In this document: positions 33,600 through 44,820 of the stretch, one piece after another
Layout of the letters: each line of letters begins with the position of its first letter
Position numbering within the stretch: position 1 is the stretch's first letter
Assembly: GCA_965637545.1 (NCBI GenBank)
Contig: OZ281500.1
Coordinates: 16,802,001-16,866,000, forward strand
DNA length: 64,000 nt
Direction: 5' to 3'
DNA from: Phallusia mammillata
Taxonomy: Eukaryota
Notes under the pieces: model-generated
Told to the model about the DNA's origin: nothing
The model's input: the letters and a program-made list of their open reading frames with translations, nothing else
Databases searched by the model: none
Position numbers and translations under genes: made by a program

Positions 33600-35085
33600 G
33601 TCACCAACAAGTTTTCAGCATTTGGGGACGACATCGTGTGCACTAATAACATTTCTGAATCATTGAACAAAGTTTTTAAGGAATGGTCTGAATGGTCGGA
33701 GATGCCAGTGGACTGCACGGTACTTGCTCTATTCGTTATCAAGTGTATACATTGTATAAGTTTAAAAGAAGTTTTTGTGGTTTTGGAAATGGTACCATGA
33801 AATCGGAATTTCCTATTAAAGAAGCACAGGAATGCAAATGGGCCCACGAAAAAATACCATCGGCAGGATCGATTGCAAAAGAAATTAAGAGCAAGTTTCA
33901 ACCTATTGCAAAGTCTGTGGAAAATCACCCAACGCACCGCACGTCACAAAAAGCTTTGGCAGTTGATTGCCTAAAAAATAATGCCGTTACACTGTCATTT
34001 TCTGTCAAACATTTACAGTATACAACATGTTTTCTAAATTATAGCACGCAGTACAACTTTTTCTAAAATCAAGGTGTTCATGCAACAGTACTGGCAAGTG
34101 TTTCCACATTTACGCGGTAGAAATGGTAATCGGAGTTTCACTTGAAGACAAAAAAACATATTCTCTGTCCATGTTACGCAAAAGGTCTAGAAGAGGCGAG
34201 GGAAAGTCTGGGAAAAAAAAGGGGACCAGAGATTATGATTACGACACCATCCCAGCTCCAGATTCCACCCTTCCGACACCCCATTATTCAACGCCTATCA
34301 AAGAAAAAATAAATTCTGAGTTTAGTGAGCCAGCAAAAAGTCCAGCAGCATCTCCTATTCTTAAGAAAAAATATGTGAAGGAAGAAAACAAAATACCATA
34401 CCCGTGGGAAAATGTTTCAGATATGCCTATCAAAAAAGTTGAAAACCGACAACTTGGAACATTATAGAGCTGGTTAAAACAGCAAAATGGATAGATGACT
34501 ACTCAATAGAAATCTGCATTACAGAATTTATTAACGAGTCAACTTCCTATGCCTTAGTTGTACCTTCCCACATGTTCACTGCTTTAGAACATAATCGCTT
34601 AGACTGCATTATTGGATTTATTCAGCGCCATGCCCCGCTTAATCTTAATCGGGATATCATCTTTTTTCCCCGTTTGTCAAAAATCCTGTCATTGGTTGCT
34701 TGCAGTGGCAATTGTTCAAACACAACAGATTTACCTGTTTGATTCTGTGTCGAGAACGTCATCCACAAGGATAAAAAACATCGGTCAAACAGTTTTGAGA
34801 TTCATAAACTCGTTTTATGCTGCCGCTGGACTTCTGCGTGACATGGTTTCCTGGTCCGTAATTCGCTTTAACTCCGCACCCCAACAGACCAACAGCTTTG
34901 ATTGTGGTATTCATGTCATTGTCAATGCCTATTGTATTTTATCAAAATGCCCACTTGCCTCATTCGATTCAACTTGTACAAGAAATTATGCTGTACACAC
35001 GATGTTGACTACAAAAGATTCATCCTCCCTCAACCCAATCGTCAAGTTGACAACACAAGAAAAAAACGAATATGTGGGGCAATAA
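33600..35085 (+). pseudogene. Degenerate MULE transposase C-terminus + SWIM finger + Ulp1/SENP (C48) cysteine protease
   Basis: TNNISESLNKVFK at 33642 (MULE catalytic-Glu motif); CSCNSTGKCFH at 34075-34107 (SWIM CxC..CxH); KWIDD near 34488; catalytic HW 34690, FDS 34741, PQQTNSFDCG with Cys at 34903. Several frameshifts and stops. Confidence 0.8.
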
Positions 35086-35604
35086 CGGCGAAAATATTTG
35101 AGCCTTAGGTACGCAAAGTGTTGAATTTTAAACTGCAAAACCATTAATCGCGTTTTGCTGGTATAGGTCATCACTGAATCGGGCCATTATTTCTGGCCGA
35201 CAACCTTCATAACTCCATTAGTGGCTGGTCTGATTGTTCAGCGCCTTGGTGTAAAGGAGGTTTTACCGAAAAGGAGATCCAATACATGTGTTGTGTCGGG
35301 CGAAGATGGATTCACCCAACATGCGGAGAAGTTTCGTCCGCGTCATTATACTATGTTTGTAAATTATGCAATTATAATACTCCCCAAAACCGGCCACAGC
35401 ATGTTCAATACATACCTTTCGTTTTGTGTTGACCAGGTGTTTGATGCAAGCAGTAGGTGGCTGCGAATTACCTTTTTATTTACGTCTAAAATATTTTGTA
35501 TCGTTTGTAACTAAGCTTAGAATGGATTGCTCTAATTTTAAAAAACGATAAACGATGTGGTAATACATTAGTACAAAAAGCCTTTCTCCATAATCTTCTG
35601 CGCA

Positions 35605-37276
35605 GTCAGGCCTTTATCCAATCGACAATCACCCAAGCCAGGCCTTCTCTGATGACGCTTTACGCAGTCAGGCCTTTCCCAAACGACAATCGCCGCAGTC
35701 AGGCCTTCTCTGATGACGTTTTACGCAGCCAGACCTTTCCCAATCGGCAATCACGAAAGTCAGGCCTTTTCCAATCGACAATCACCGCAGTCAGGCCTTC
35801 TCTGATGACGCTTTACGCAGTCAGGCGTTTCACAATCGACAATCACGAAAGTCAGGCCTTTTCCAATCGACAATCACCGCAGTCAGGCCTTCTCTGATGA
35901 CGTTTTACGCAGGCAGGCGTTTCCCAATCGACAATCACGAAAGTCAGGCCTTCTCTGATGACGCTTTACGCAGTCAGGCCTTTTCCAATCGACAAGCACC
36001 TAAGTCAGGCCTTTCCCAATCGACAATCACCCAAGTCGGGCCTTCTATATTGCAGTCAGGCCTTTTATATTACAGTCAGGCCCTTTCATATTGCAGTCAG
36101 GCCTTTCCCAATCGACAATCACGAAAGTCAGGCCTTTTCCAATCGACAATCACCTAAGTCAGGCCTTTCCCAATCGACAATCAACTAAGTCGGACCTTCT
36201 ATATTGCAGTCAGGCCTTTTATTTTGCAGTCAGGCCCTTTCATGTTGCATTTAGGCCTGTCCCAATCGACAATCACCCAAGTCAGGCTTTGAATATTGCA
36301 GTCAGGCCTTTCCCAATCGACAATCACCCAAGTCAGGCTTTCTATATTGCAGTCAGGCCTTTCTCAATCGATAATCACCTAAGCCAGGCCTTCTCTGAAG
36401 ACACTTTACGCAGTCAGGCCTTTTCCAATCGACAATCACGAAAGTCAGGCCGTTTCCAATCGACAATCACCCAAGTCAGGCTTTCTATATTGCAGTCAGG
36501 CCTTTCTCAATCGATAATCACCTAAGCCAGGCCTTCTCTGAAGACACTTTACGCAGTCAGGCCTTTTCCAATCGACAATCACGAAAGTCAGGCCGTTTCC
36601 AATCGACAATCACCCAAGTCAGGCCTTCTCTGATGACGTTTTACGCAGTCAGGCGTTTCATAATCGACAATCACGAAAGTCAATCTTTTCTGATGACGCT
36701 TTACGCAGTCAGGCCTTTCCCAATCGACAATCACGAAAGTCAGGCCTTTCCCAATCGACAATCACCCAAGTCAGGCCTTCTTTGATGACGTTTTACGCAG
36801 TCAGGCGTTTCACAATCGACAGTGACGAAAGTCAGGCCTTCTCTGATGACGCTTTGCGCAGTCAGGCGTTTCACAATCGACAATCACGAAAGTCAGGCTT
36901 TTTCCAATCGACAATCACGCAAGTCAGGCCTTCTCTGATGACGTTTTACGCAGTCAGGCGTTACACAATCGTTAATTACGAAAGTCAGGCCTTCTCTGAT
37001 GACGCTTTACGCAGTGAGGCCTTTTCCAATCGACAATCACCTAAGTCAGGCCTTTCCCAATCGACAATCACCCAAGTCGGGCCTTCTATATTGCAGTCAG
37101 GCCTTTCCCAATCGACAATCACGAAAGTCAGGCCTTCTCCGATGACGCTTTACGTAGTCAGGCCTTTCCCAATCAACAGTAGTCATACTTTTCAAACAAG
37201 TCAGTTCGAAAAATATTTTGTGAAACACTGCCGCCAAAGTCAGGCTAGTCAGACAGTCAGGCTTTTAGTCGACCCC
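35605..37276 (-). repeat. Right MULE TIR: the same unit array in inverted orientation, about twice as long
   Basis: Dozens of AGTCAGGC-anchored units. The terminal ~120 bp is the reverse complement of 32717-32840. Confidence 0.9.
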
Positions 37277-40200
37277 CACATTCGATACTGCATAATAAAC
37301 TGGCATCATGGTCAATCAGTTCTTATTTCAAAATTACAGGGTATCTGTAGTAAATTTATTAAAATCATTTTTGGTGTAAGGGGCTCTAAAAACATCGAAC
37401 ATGTGATGCGAAATAATGGCTTGTTAACAATAAAGCAGCTATATATGCTTGAAATATTAACGTTTATGTATAAGCATAATAACAACATGCTTCCAGCCAT
37501 ATTTGCTGATTTCTTTAAAGTAAGTCATAAAAACATTACCACACGTGCCAACTCAAACTACCTTAAACCTTATTATGGCACTAGTGTCAATCAGCAAGCA
37601 ATGCAATATATTGGTCCAAAAGCTTGGAATGACATTCCCGACCAACTTAGGAATGCAAACTCTACAAGACAGCTCATCACAAACGTCACTGCGTTTTGTT
37701 TGCACGAGTTTTGAGCACCGATTAGCTAAAAAAAAAGGCCGTTTTCCAATCGATTTTCCAATATACTTGCACAAACTTCTGAATGTTATTTTTTTACTGA
37801 ACACAAGTTGTTTTCACAAAAACATTTTCTACTTGGAGTGGTGTAGTCTTGTACATGTGTTGCTAATTATTGCATTGCTTTTGTCCTGGAACCAGTTAAC
37901 TGCTGCTGTTTGTTTGTTGTTGCAGGACTATCATAGATTAACCATCCTTCGGTCATCATAGAAAACGGCTGAGCTGACAACGAGCTATTCAAATTTGAAT
38001 TATTCATTGCAATATTTCATTGCTGTTTGTTCTTTTTTTGTGTGTGTTTTTTTTTCTTTTGTGTTAATTGTTTATGCTTTATTATTACTATTATTATTAT
38101 TATTATTATTATTATTTTACTTTAATCTTTGGACGTGTCTAAACTAATATCCTTATTTAATTTAAACGACTAAATCAACTGCCAAAATACTCGTCAATAA
38201 TTTTAACTGCAAGTGAGTCCAAAGTTAACTATTAATGGCGACTAGGGATTTGTTGTGTGTTCTTCCTTCCGGCGCTTGAAACTATCCGGCAGGGTTTCTT
38301 TCGGTGGTTTCTTTTCCTGTCGAACCCCACCCTCTTTCCCTATCACGGGTGGTTAGATTCTAGGGCCCCCGCGACTGGTCCCACCATCGTTCCCCCCCAG
38401 TCGTGTTATACTCACTCTGCGCCACACTCACTTTCTTGTGAGCACCCGACACATAACGCCTTATAATACGGTGTAGCTGCAGCGCGTTCAACTACTATCC
38501 ACCAATTGTGCCCGACACTTTTTTGCGCTTCATAACGTCTTAACGTTGCGCAGCTATTTCCGGCTTGGTGATTGTTTTAGTGCAATTGTGTTGCTATGTT
38601 GTCTTTCACCAAGCGAAATAAACTCAACTCAACTCAATATGCAAGTACAGCCGCAGATTAAATATCTCTCAATTTTAAGTGTATCCCGCGTCGAATTGGA
38701 ATAATTAAAATTACTGCTGTTTGTGCGGCAGAAAAACAATGGCTGAGTGGAAAAGTCCGTACTGGAAAAAATAGATATCGTTACAAGGTCGTAGAACATA
38801 CACCCGGCTATTACAACGGGAAAAGGGCTTGCGCTGCAATTGGAGGCCAAATTGCTCATACTGGATTTGCAGACAAATCTACTTACTGGTTAGTTTTGTA
38901 AACTTAAACAATAAAATGTTATGATTGTTTTCTGGAAATACCTTCGTTTTACTGTAATGTCAAGGGTGATTGCCATCAACAGAAAAAAATAAACAGCTTA
39001 ACTGCGTAGTATTTTTAGAACTCGCGAATTGATAGTATTACAGAATTACTGCGACAGCCCTAGGAAAAAAGTGTTTGGGTGGCGCTTAACTTCGCCAAAC
39101 AAACACCAGAAATGTTCTCCCTAACTTTGTAAAGGCTCGAAACTTACTGTCATGGCATGTCACGAATGCTAAAACTACCAAAAATGGGTTAGTTTACGGC
39201 CGCAAGATGTATATTGTATAAAAAAATCCAACAACACTACGATGGACACATGAGCAAATCATCACGTTCTCAAAAAACACATTTACCAAAAAGACTTTCA
39301 TTGTACATTTTATAGGAGCGTCATGACAGACTTTTTGGACGGTTTGGAGGTATACATTGGATTGACAGATCTGGACGTCGAAGGTACGTTCGTGTGGGAA
39401 AACGGGGTTCGAGCGAGTCGAGGATTTACATACTGGGCTTGGGGTAGGCCCATCATAGATGGAGCAAGGGGTTGTACCTATGTTGTTTATGATGACGACC
39501 GGATTGACGCAAGTTGCCACTACCTCCGCCACACCCTCTGTGAAAGAGCCCCTCTGTCGTAATTCCATTGCCACATCGAATCCTATGGTGTTTGTTCTTT
39601 TCACAAAGTCATACATATAACTTTGTATCGCATAGTAAACTCTTTCGTGATTCGAAGAGTTGTGGATTTCTCCATCGGTTTGTTATAAAATTGCATTTAC
39701 CCTTACTAATTAGAGTTTGTGAACTTATATGCTGCACTTTTGTCGATTGTTTTGTTTTAATAATTCCAAACGTTGTTCCTAAACGCATTGGTTAACCATA
39801 TTTAGTCGTGCATTTAAACTGAATCCTTATCATATCACAATATAGCATTGAAATAATATAACTTTTCATCGCCATTTCGCATGTGTATAAATGTGTATGA
39901 TATGTAAAAATGGTATCGCTCTTTTCCAACCCTACAGTTGTACAAATTAAAACTCCCTGAAAGTAAGGTGTGTGTTGCTTGGATACTGAGCACCACCTTT
40001 ATTAGATCACCGTTATTTGCAACTTCAGAATTAGTTAGAAGTTAAGTTAATCAACAGGCCGTGTATCTTTTATTCAACATCTCATTTTTGCTGGTTGATT
40101 TATGATTTTTCGTGTGGCTACAGTTTTTCTGGTGATCACATTCAATACATATGTAACTGCAAACTACAGTAGGATGTTGGCTTATACGATCGCCCAAAAG

Positions 40201-40588
40201 GTTTACAGTTTGTAATATCAGAACATGGTTCGGTACCAGTAATTTTGATATCAATAAAAGATACTTTGTCATTGAGACTAACATAAATGTTTTATTTGCC
40301 ATCAAGTTTTTTACAGTCACTAATTGGCGAAATTTTGGATGACAGTGAACGTATATATATACACGTTCTTTGAAATAAAGTTAGCTTGTAAAAAAGTAAA
40401 TTAGGACTTTGTTTGATGTAGCTTTTGTTTAGTCATGTACATCAAAACCAGGCATGTACAATATGCAAGCTACAAACGTATTGACAATACGATAGTATCG
40501 CTAAATACTGTCTGTTGTGTTATCAACTGCAAATAAAGTTCAATTTGATTTCACAGAACGTGTAAAAAATGGTTAAAGAATAAAAGAA

Positions 40589-40835
40589 CTATGGAGCTGG
40601 TGGTTTTTCACAAAGGGTTTTGCTGCGACTAGAGCACGACACGTCAACCCATACACCTTATAAAACAACGGTACACTCCTCTCCTCCACAACAGTTGTTA
40701 CGTTTGCCCGAACGCCAGTTAGTCCATTCTTAAATCGCTGGAACTCCATCTTCCCACACGAAACTTCGTTCCACAGCTATATCAGTCAATCCAATAAATG
40801 CGTTCCAATCGTCGGTGTAATGTGCGTTGATGCTC
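40589..40835 (-). pseudogene. Collectin fragment E' (type II): isolated CRD exon 2
   Basis: 247-nt exon homologous to F with two in-frame stops; EPN is KRN. Only about 25 bp of CRD1 survives, near 41778. Confidence 0.85.
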
Positions 40836-41250
40836 CTGACAATTTAAAAAGTACTCCTCATTGAAAAAAATGTTTTTTGTGTGTTTGCTTAAACATTAAT
40901 TTAAGCGTCAAAACTTAGGCCTACCATATTTTTATCACCAAAAAGGAGGACACATTCCCGATAAAGAATTTTAGCAGCTACTCTTGTACCAAAAGAAAAT
41001 GAAAGCATACAAGATATTTGACGAATTTCACGCAGTCAATTTTTATAGTTCAATTTGAGTAAAGTTTAACCGTAAATTGGTATTTGCAATCAACAATGAC
41101 CACATTGTTATTGAGATATTAAGTGAATATAGAAAATTCAAAAACGAGGACATTTGGGCATTTTTTATTGTCCTTGGAGGAAAACTTGCTTTTTGTTAAA
41201 AAAGAGGACAGGTCCTCCAAAAAGAGGACGTATGGTAGGCCTAGTCCATA

Positions 41251-41642
41251 CAGACCAGCGATCACTTCACACCCAGCATATAACTTATAATCATAGTACA
41301 CCAGGCCCATTTAAGGCGTCGTGCCAAATCAACCCGGGTGGCAAGGCGTAGGCTAGAAAAATCTAGCCTACAGTGGGATTCGAACCCGCAACAGGAGTTT
41401 TTCCGGGATACTGCACAAGCGCTTCAGGGTTGATCCCAGTTATTAATTTGTGTTCATCTTATCTGTTTACTGGGTAATCTAGTGATCTTCCTACTACAAG
41501 GTTGACATGTGCAGCGTACCAGGATGGCAATAGTGCTTGTGATTCAATTTTCGGCTGATTCACAAGCTGGGCCTGTGTAGCTCAGTTACCAAAGCGCAAG
41601 TCTCGGAACGACTCCTGTCCTGGGTTCTAATTCCACCGCTGG
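41251..41642. mobile_element. Back-to-back tRNA-derived SINEs: minus 41251-41422 and plus head 41571-41642; same pair at 42830-43010 and 43160-43220
   Basis: Head GCCTGTGTAGCTCAGTT (A box) ... GGGTTC(T/G)AA (B box). The body is shared with the SINE at 57351-57547. Confidence 0.7.
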
Positions 41643-42504
41643 TCTTCCGTAGAGGAAATGCTTGTTGACCTGCTGATTTGTTATGCCGCCTTCAATGGGA
41701 CTAGTGCATAGTTTGATTTGCTTATGTTGGCATTACACAGAAAAAGACCAATCTATTATATTTTTTACAAATACTAACTGGTAAATAGTTGATTTCGATT
41801 TCTCGTTAAACAAGAATTTCTTCTTGAAATCGCACGAAAATTGCAAAATTAAACCAAAACGAATTTGCACAGAAAACGTTTCAAGAAAGAGAATGAGGTC
41901 AAACGACAATGCCAGGCGGAAATGAACTTAGAGAGCAGTCGATTCGTCACTCCAATAAACAATTTGGCGTGGCGACAAAAATATGACGTCGGTGTTTTGA
42001 TGATGGTCCAAATTGGGTCAATTGTGGACATGACACAACTGTTTTGCAAAAATCAGTTTCAAAATATTCGGGAAACTTATTTTAAACCATCGTAGGCTTT
42101 TTGAAGTCATTTTGGCATTTTTATTGTTCTCTATGCAACACAAGAAACCCGGTCTAACCACTAACTACCAGAGGATTTGATACAAAAAGGATTTGCGCTT
42201 TCAAGTTAGGCCCATATTTCTCTTTTGCCAATATCCTTTATTTAATATCTCATATTTGCTGGTTGATTTGTTTATCGTGTAGCTATAGTTTTTTTGGTGA
42301 CCACATTCAATAAATATGTAACTGCAAAGAACTACGCTAGGATGTTGTCTTATACGACCGCCCAAAAGGTTAATTGTTTGTAATATCAGAACATGGTTTG
42401 GTACCAGTAATTTTGATGTCAATAAAAGATACTTTGTCATTGACAAATGAAATGAGATTTTATTCCACAGGACGTTAAACAAAATTGAATGAATAATAAA
42501 ATAA

Positions 42505-44820
42505 TTATGGAGCTGGTGGTCTTTCACAAAGGGTTTTGTTGCGACCAGAGCAAGACACATCAATCCACACCCCTTGTGAGACAAAGGTACAATCCTCTCC
42601 TCCACAACAGTTGTTTGGTTCACCCGAATGCCAGTTAGTCCACCCTTGACTCGCTGGAATCCCATCTTCCCACACGAAACTTCCTTCCACAGCTATATCA
42701 GTAAATCCTACATACGCTTCCCAAGTGCCAGTGTAATGTGCACTGATGCTCCTGACATTTAAAAATTAGTCTCATTGAAAAACATGTTTTTTTCTGTATT
42801 TGCGTGAACGTAGATTCAAAACTCAGATCAGCCCAAAAGCGCCCATGCAAACCAACGATTACTTCACACTCATGTATAAATCATAGTACACCAGGCCGAT
42901 TAAAGACGACATACCAAATCTGCTCGAGTGGCAAGGCGTAGGCTAGAAAAATCTAGCCGGCGGTGGGATTCTAACCCACAACAGGAGTGTTTCCGGCATT
43001 TTTCATAAGCGTTTCATGATTGATCACAGTTATTAGTTGTGTTTATCTTATCTCTTTACTGGTTAATCTGGTGATTCTTTCGACTACAAGGCTGATATGT
43101 GCAGCGTACGCGGCAGGCAACGGTGCTTGTAATTGGACTTTCGACGGGTTCACAACTGGGCCTGTGTAGCTCAGTTACCAGAGCGCGATTCCAGGACCGT
43201 CTCCTGTCGTGGGTTCAAACTTGTTGACCGGCTGATTTGTTACGGCGCTATCAATGGGTCTGGTGTACCTCATGATTTATTTGTGCTGACATGATACAGA
43301 CAAAAAAACTATTCTTTTTGACAAATATACTTACTGGTAAATAGTTTGATTTCTCATTCCCACAAACGCGACTTGGCCACCGATTTCTGCACACTTTCTT
43401 CTTCCGTTTTCATATCCATCTTCATGACTTACAAACTTGTACCGGTATCCATTCGGCGCCCAAAAATACCCCTGGTACCAATGATTCTCTGTGGCAGAAA
43501 ACGAAGTCAAATAGCCTAACTTGCGTGTACGCACTTCAGACGCCGCTTGTACCATTGCTATTTATAATACGCACAGGTAGTATAATCTATTTGTATTTTT
43601 TTAAATTAAGTGTAATACACAAACAACTTCACAGAAATATTGAAAAATTAATTTTTAAACTAACATCGTGTCTATAACTTCACAGACAGTGTTATAAATA
43701 TCTACCTTGTGTTATAACTTTTCATCAAAATCTTACCTACCATTTAATAAATAGATGGAAAGACTTTCCAACTTTTGTAGGCGATCTGTAAGTATATCAT
43801 AATATTTAACAAAGTGTTGTAGTAGATCAGCTTTGAAAATGCGTATAGGAATTTGGAACCTGTAGTTTGTATTGCATAAAAGAGTTGACTTGTAGCGAGG
43901 TGTTTGTTCGAGGTACATCTTAATAGAATAACACAATGTGCGAATACGCCGCATGAGACGAGAGTCAAAGAAAGAAGGCAATCTGTCCGGTTCGCGGTAG
44001 TATGAAAGGCCGCTACAGACTTAAACATAGCCAACTTTAGTTTAACCTACGCTAAATGTAATGTGTTTTTAAACTGTCCTGCAAGTGTTTGTGGATTTAA
44101 ATACATTATTTGAAAGCCCTAAATATGGTGTTTGAGACGTCAAAATGCTTACAACTTTAGTGTTCAACTGTAAATCGGGTTTCTAAAAGCATAAAAATAC
44201 AAATTGATGATATATCACCCACTTTGAACATCCTCATTTTCATCAGGTTCTCTACCAGGCTCTCCTTTCTTTCCTTTCAAACCACTTGGTCCCATAGGTC
44301 CAGTTGGCCCCTAATTACATAATTAGCCAGTTTGTTAATAAACTATGCGACTAAAAGTGTTTTTAAACAACAAATAACTTAGTTTAATTATTATTAATAG
44401 AGGCTAACTAACACTTGTCTTCATGTCTTGTTTGGGTCTCAAATTTAGTTCAGTTTGTGTTTTTTGAACCAAAATATTTTTGCTATTTATAGGTTTGCTG
44501 CTAAAGCAGATTTGTTGTGCAACTAATATACCCTACTTCCTACTATACCCAGCATCCAGTAGCCATTCAATATAACACGAGCTGGTAGAAAAAAATCACT
44601 CACAATTTGTTACAAATTTCCTCACCTTTTTACCAGGAAAACCTTTGTCTCCTTTCAGTCCATTCATACTTATTTCTTTCCATTCTACAGCTGGCGGATT
44701 TTCACAAACCGCTGAAACGCGACAAGTTTGGGGTGACACTGTTCCTGCAACATGCCCATATATGGGCTTAAAGTTTGCCAAACCCAATATTGCAATACAG
44801 AAAGTCACCACACTTAACAT
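42505..44820 (-). CDS. Collectin copy F (type II), intact, 5 exons, 242 aa: 44820-44626, 44310-44223, 43785-43741, 43488-43335, 42751-42505
   Basis: 729-nt open frame. Signal peptide, CRVSAVC, 11 Gly-X-Y triplets including PGKKGP, neck NRLQKLESLSIYLL, and CRD with EPNNCCGGEDC and WID. Confidence 0.9.

Larger units (their letters stand above)
32717..37276 (+). mobile_element. Mutator-like (MULE)/foldback element, internally deleted, 4.56 kb
   Basis: Ends GGGTTTGACTAAAAGCC / GGCTTTTAGTCGACCCC. 9-bp TSD CACATTCGA at 32660-32668 and 37277-37285. Long modular TIRs flank a coding core. Confidence 0.88.
30116..38636 (+). mobile_element. 5'-truncated CR1/L2-group LINE (APE endonuclease + reverse transcriptase), split by a MULE
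   Basis: EN motifs CVNIRSL, ETW, GDFN and DH. RT motifs QFGFRK, DLSKAFD, GVSQGSILGPLLF and FADDT in ORF 30534-32354. Frameshifts near 30400 and 32345. The ORF resumes at 37286-37714. The 3' UTR has (TTA)n and ends AATAAA(CTCAA)3; host intron resumes at 38637. Confidence 0.88.

Noticed and set aside
33068-36525. ORFs inside the MULE arms (e.g. 33183-33551, 35652-36525) and their array-like look
   Set aside because: They are translations of TIR minisatellite units. Not CRISPR: the units vary, there are no unique spacers or cas genes, and the context is eukaryotic.
36782-37714. 310-aa ORF
   Set aside because: Chance in-frame fusion of the right MULE TIR with the LINE ORF2 C-terminus at TSD 37277-37285.
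40916-41243. TAGGCCTACCATA-ended MITE
   Set aside because: TIRs are visible but the flanks show no matching TSD, so boundaries and class could not be supported.
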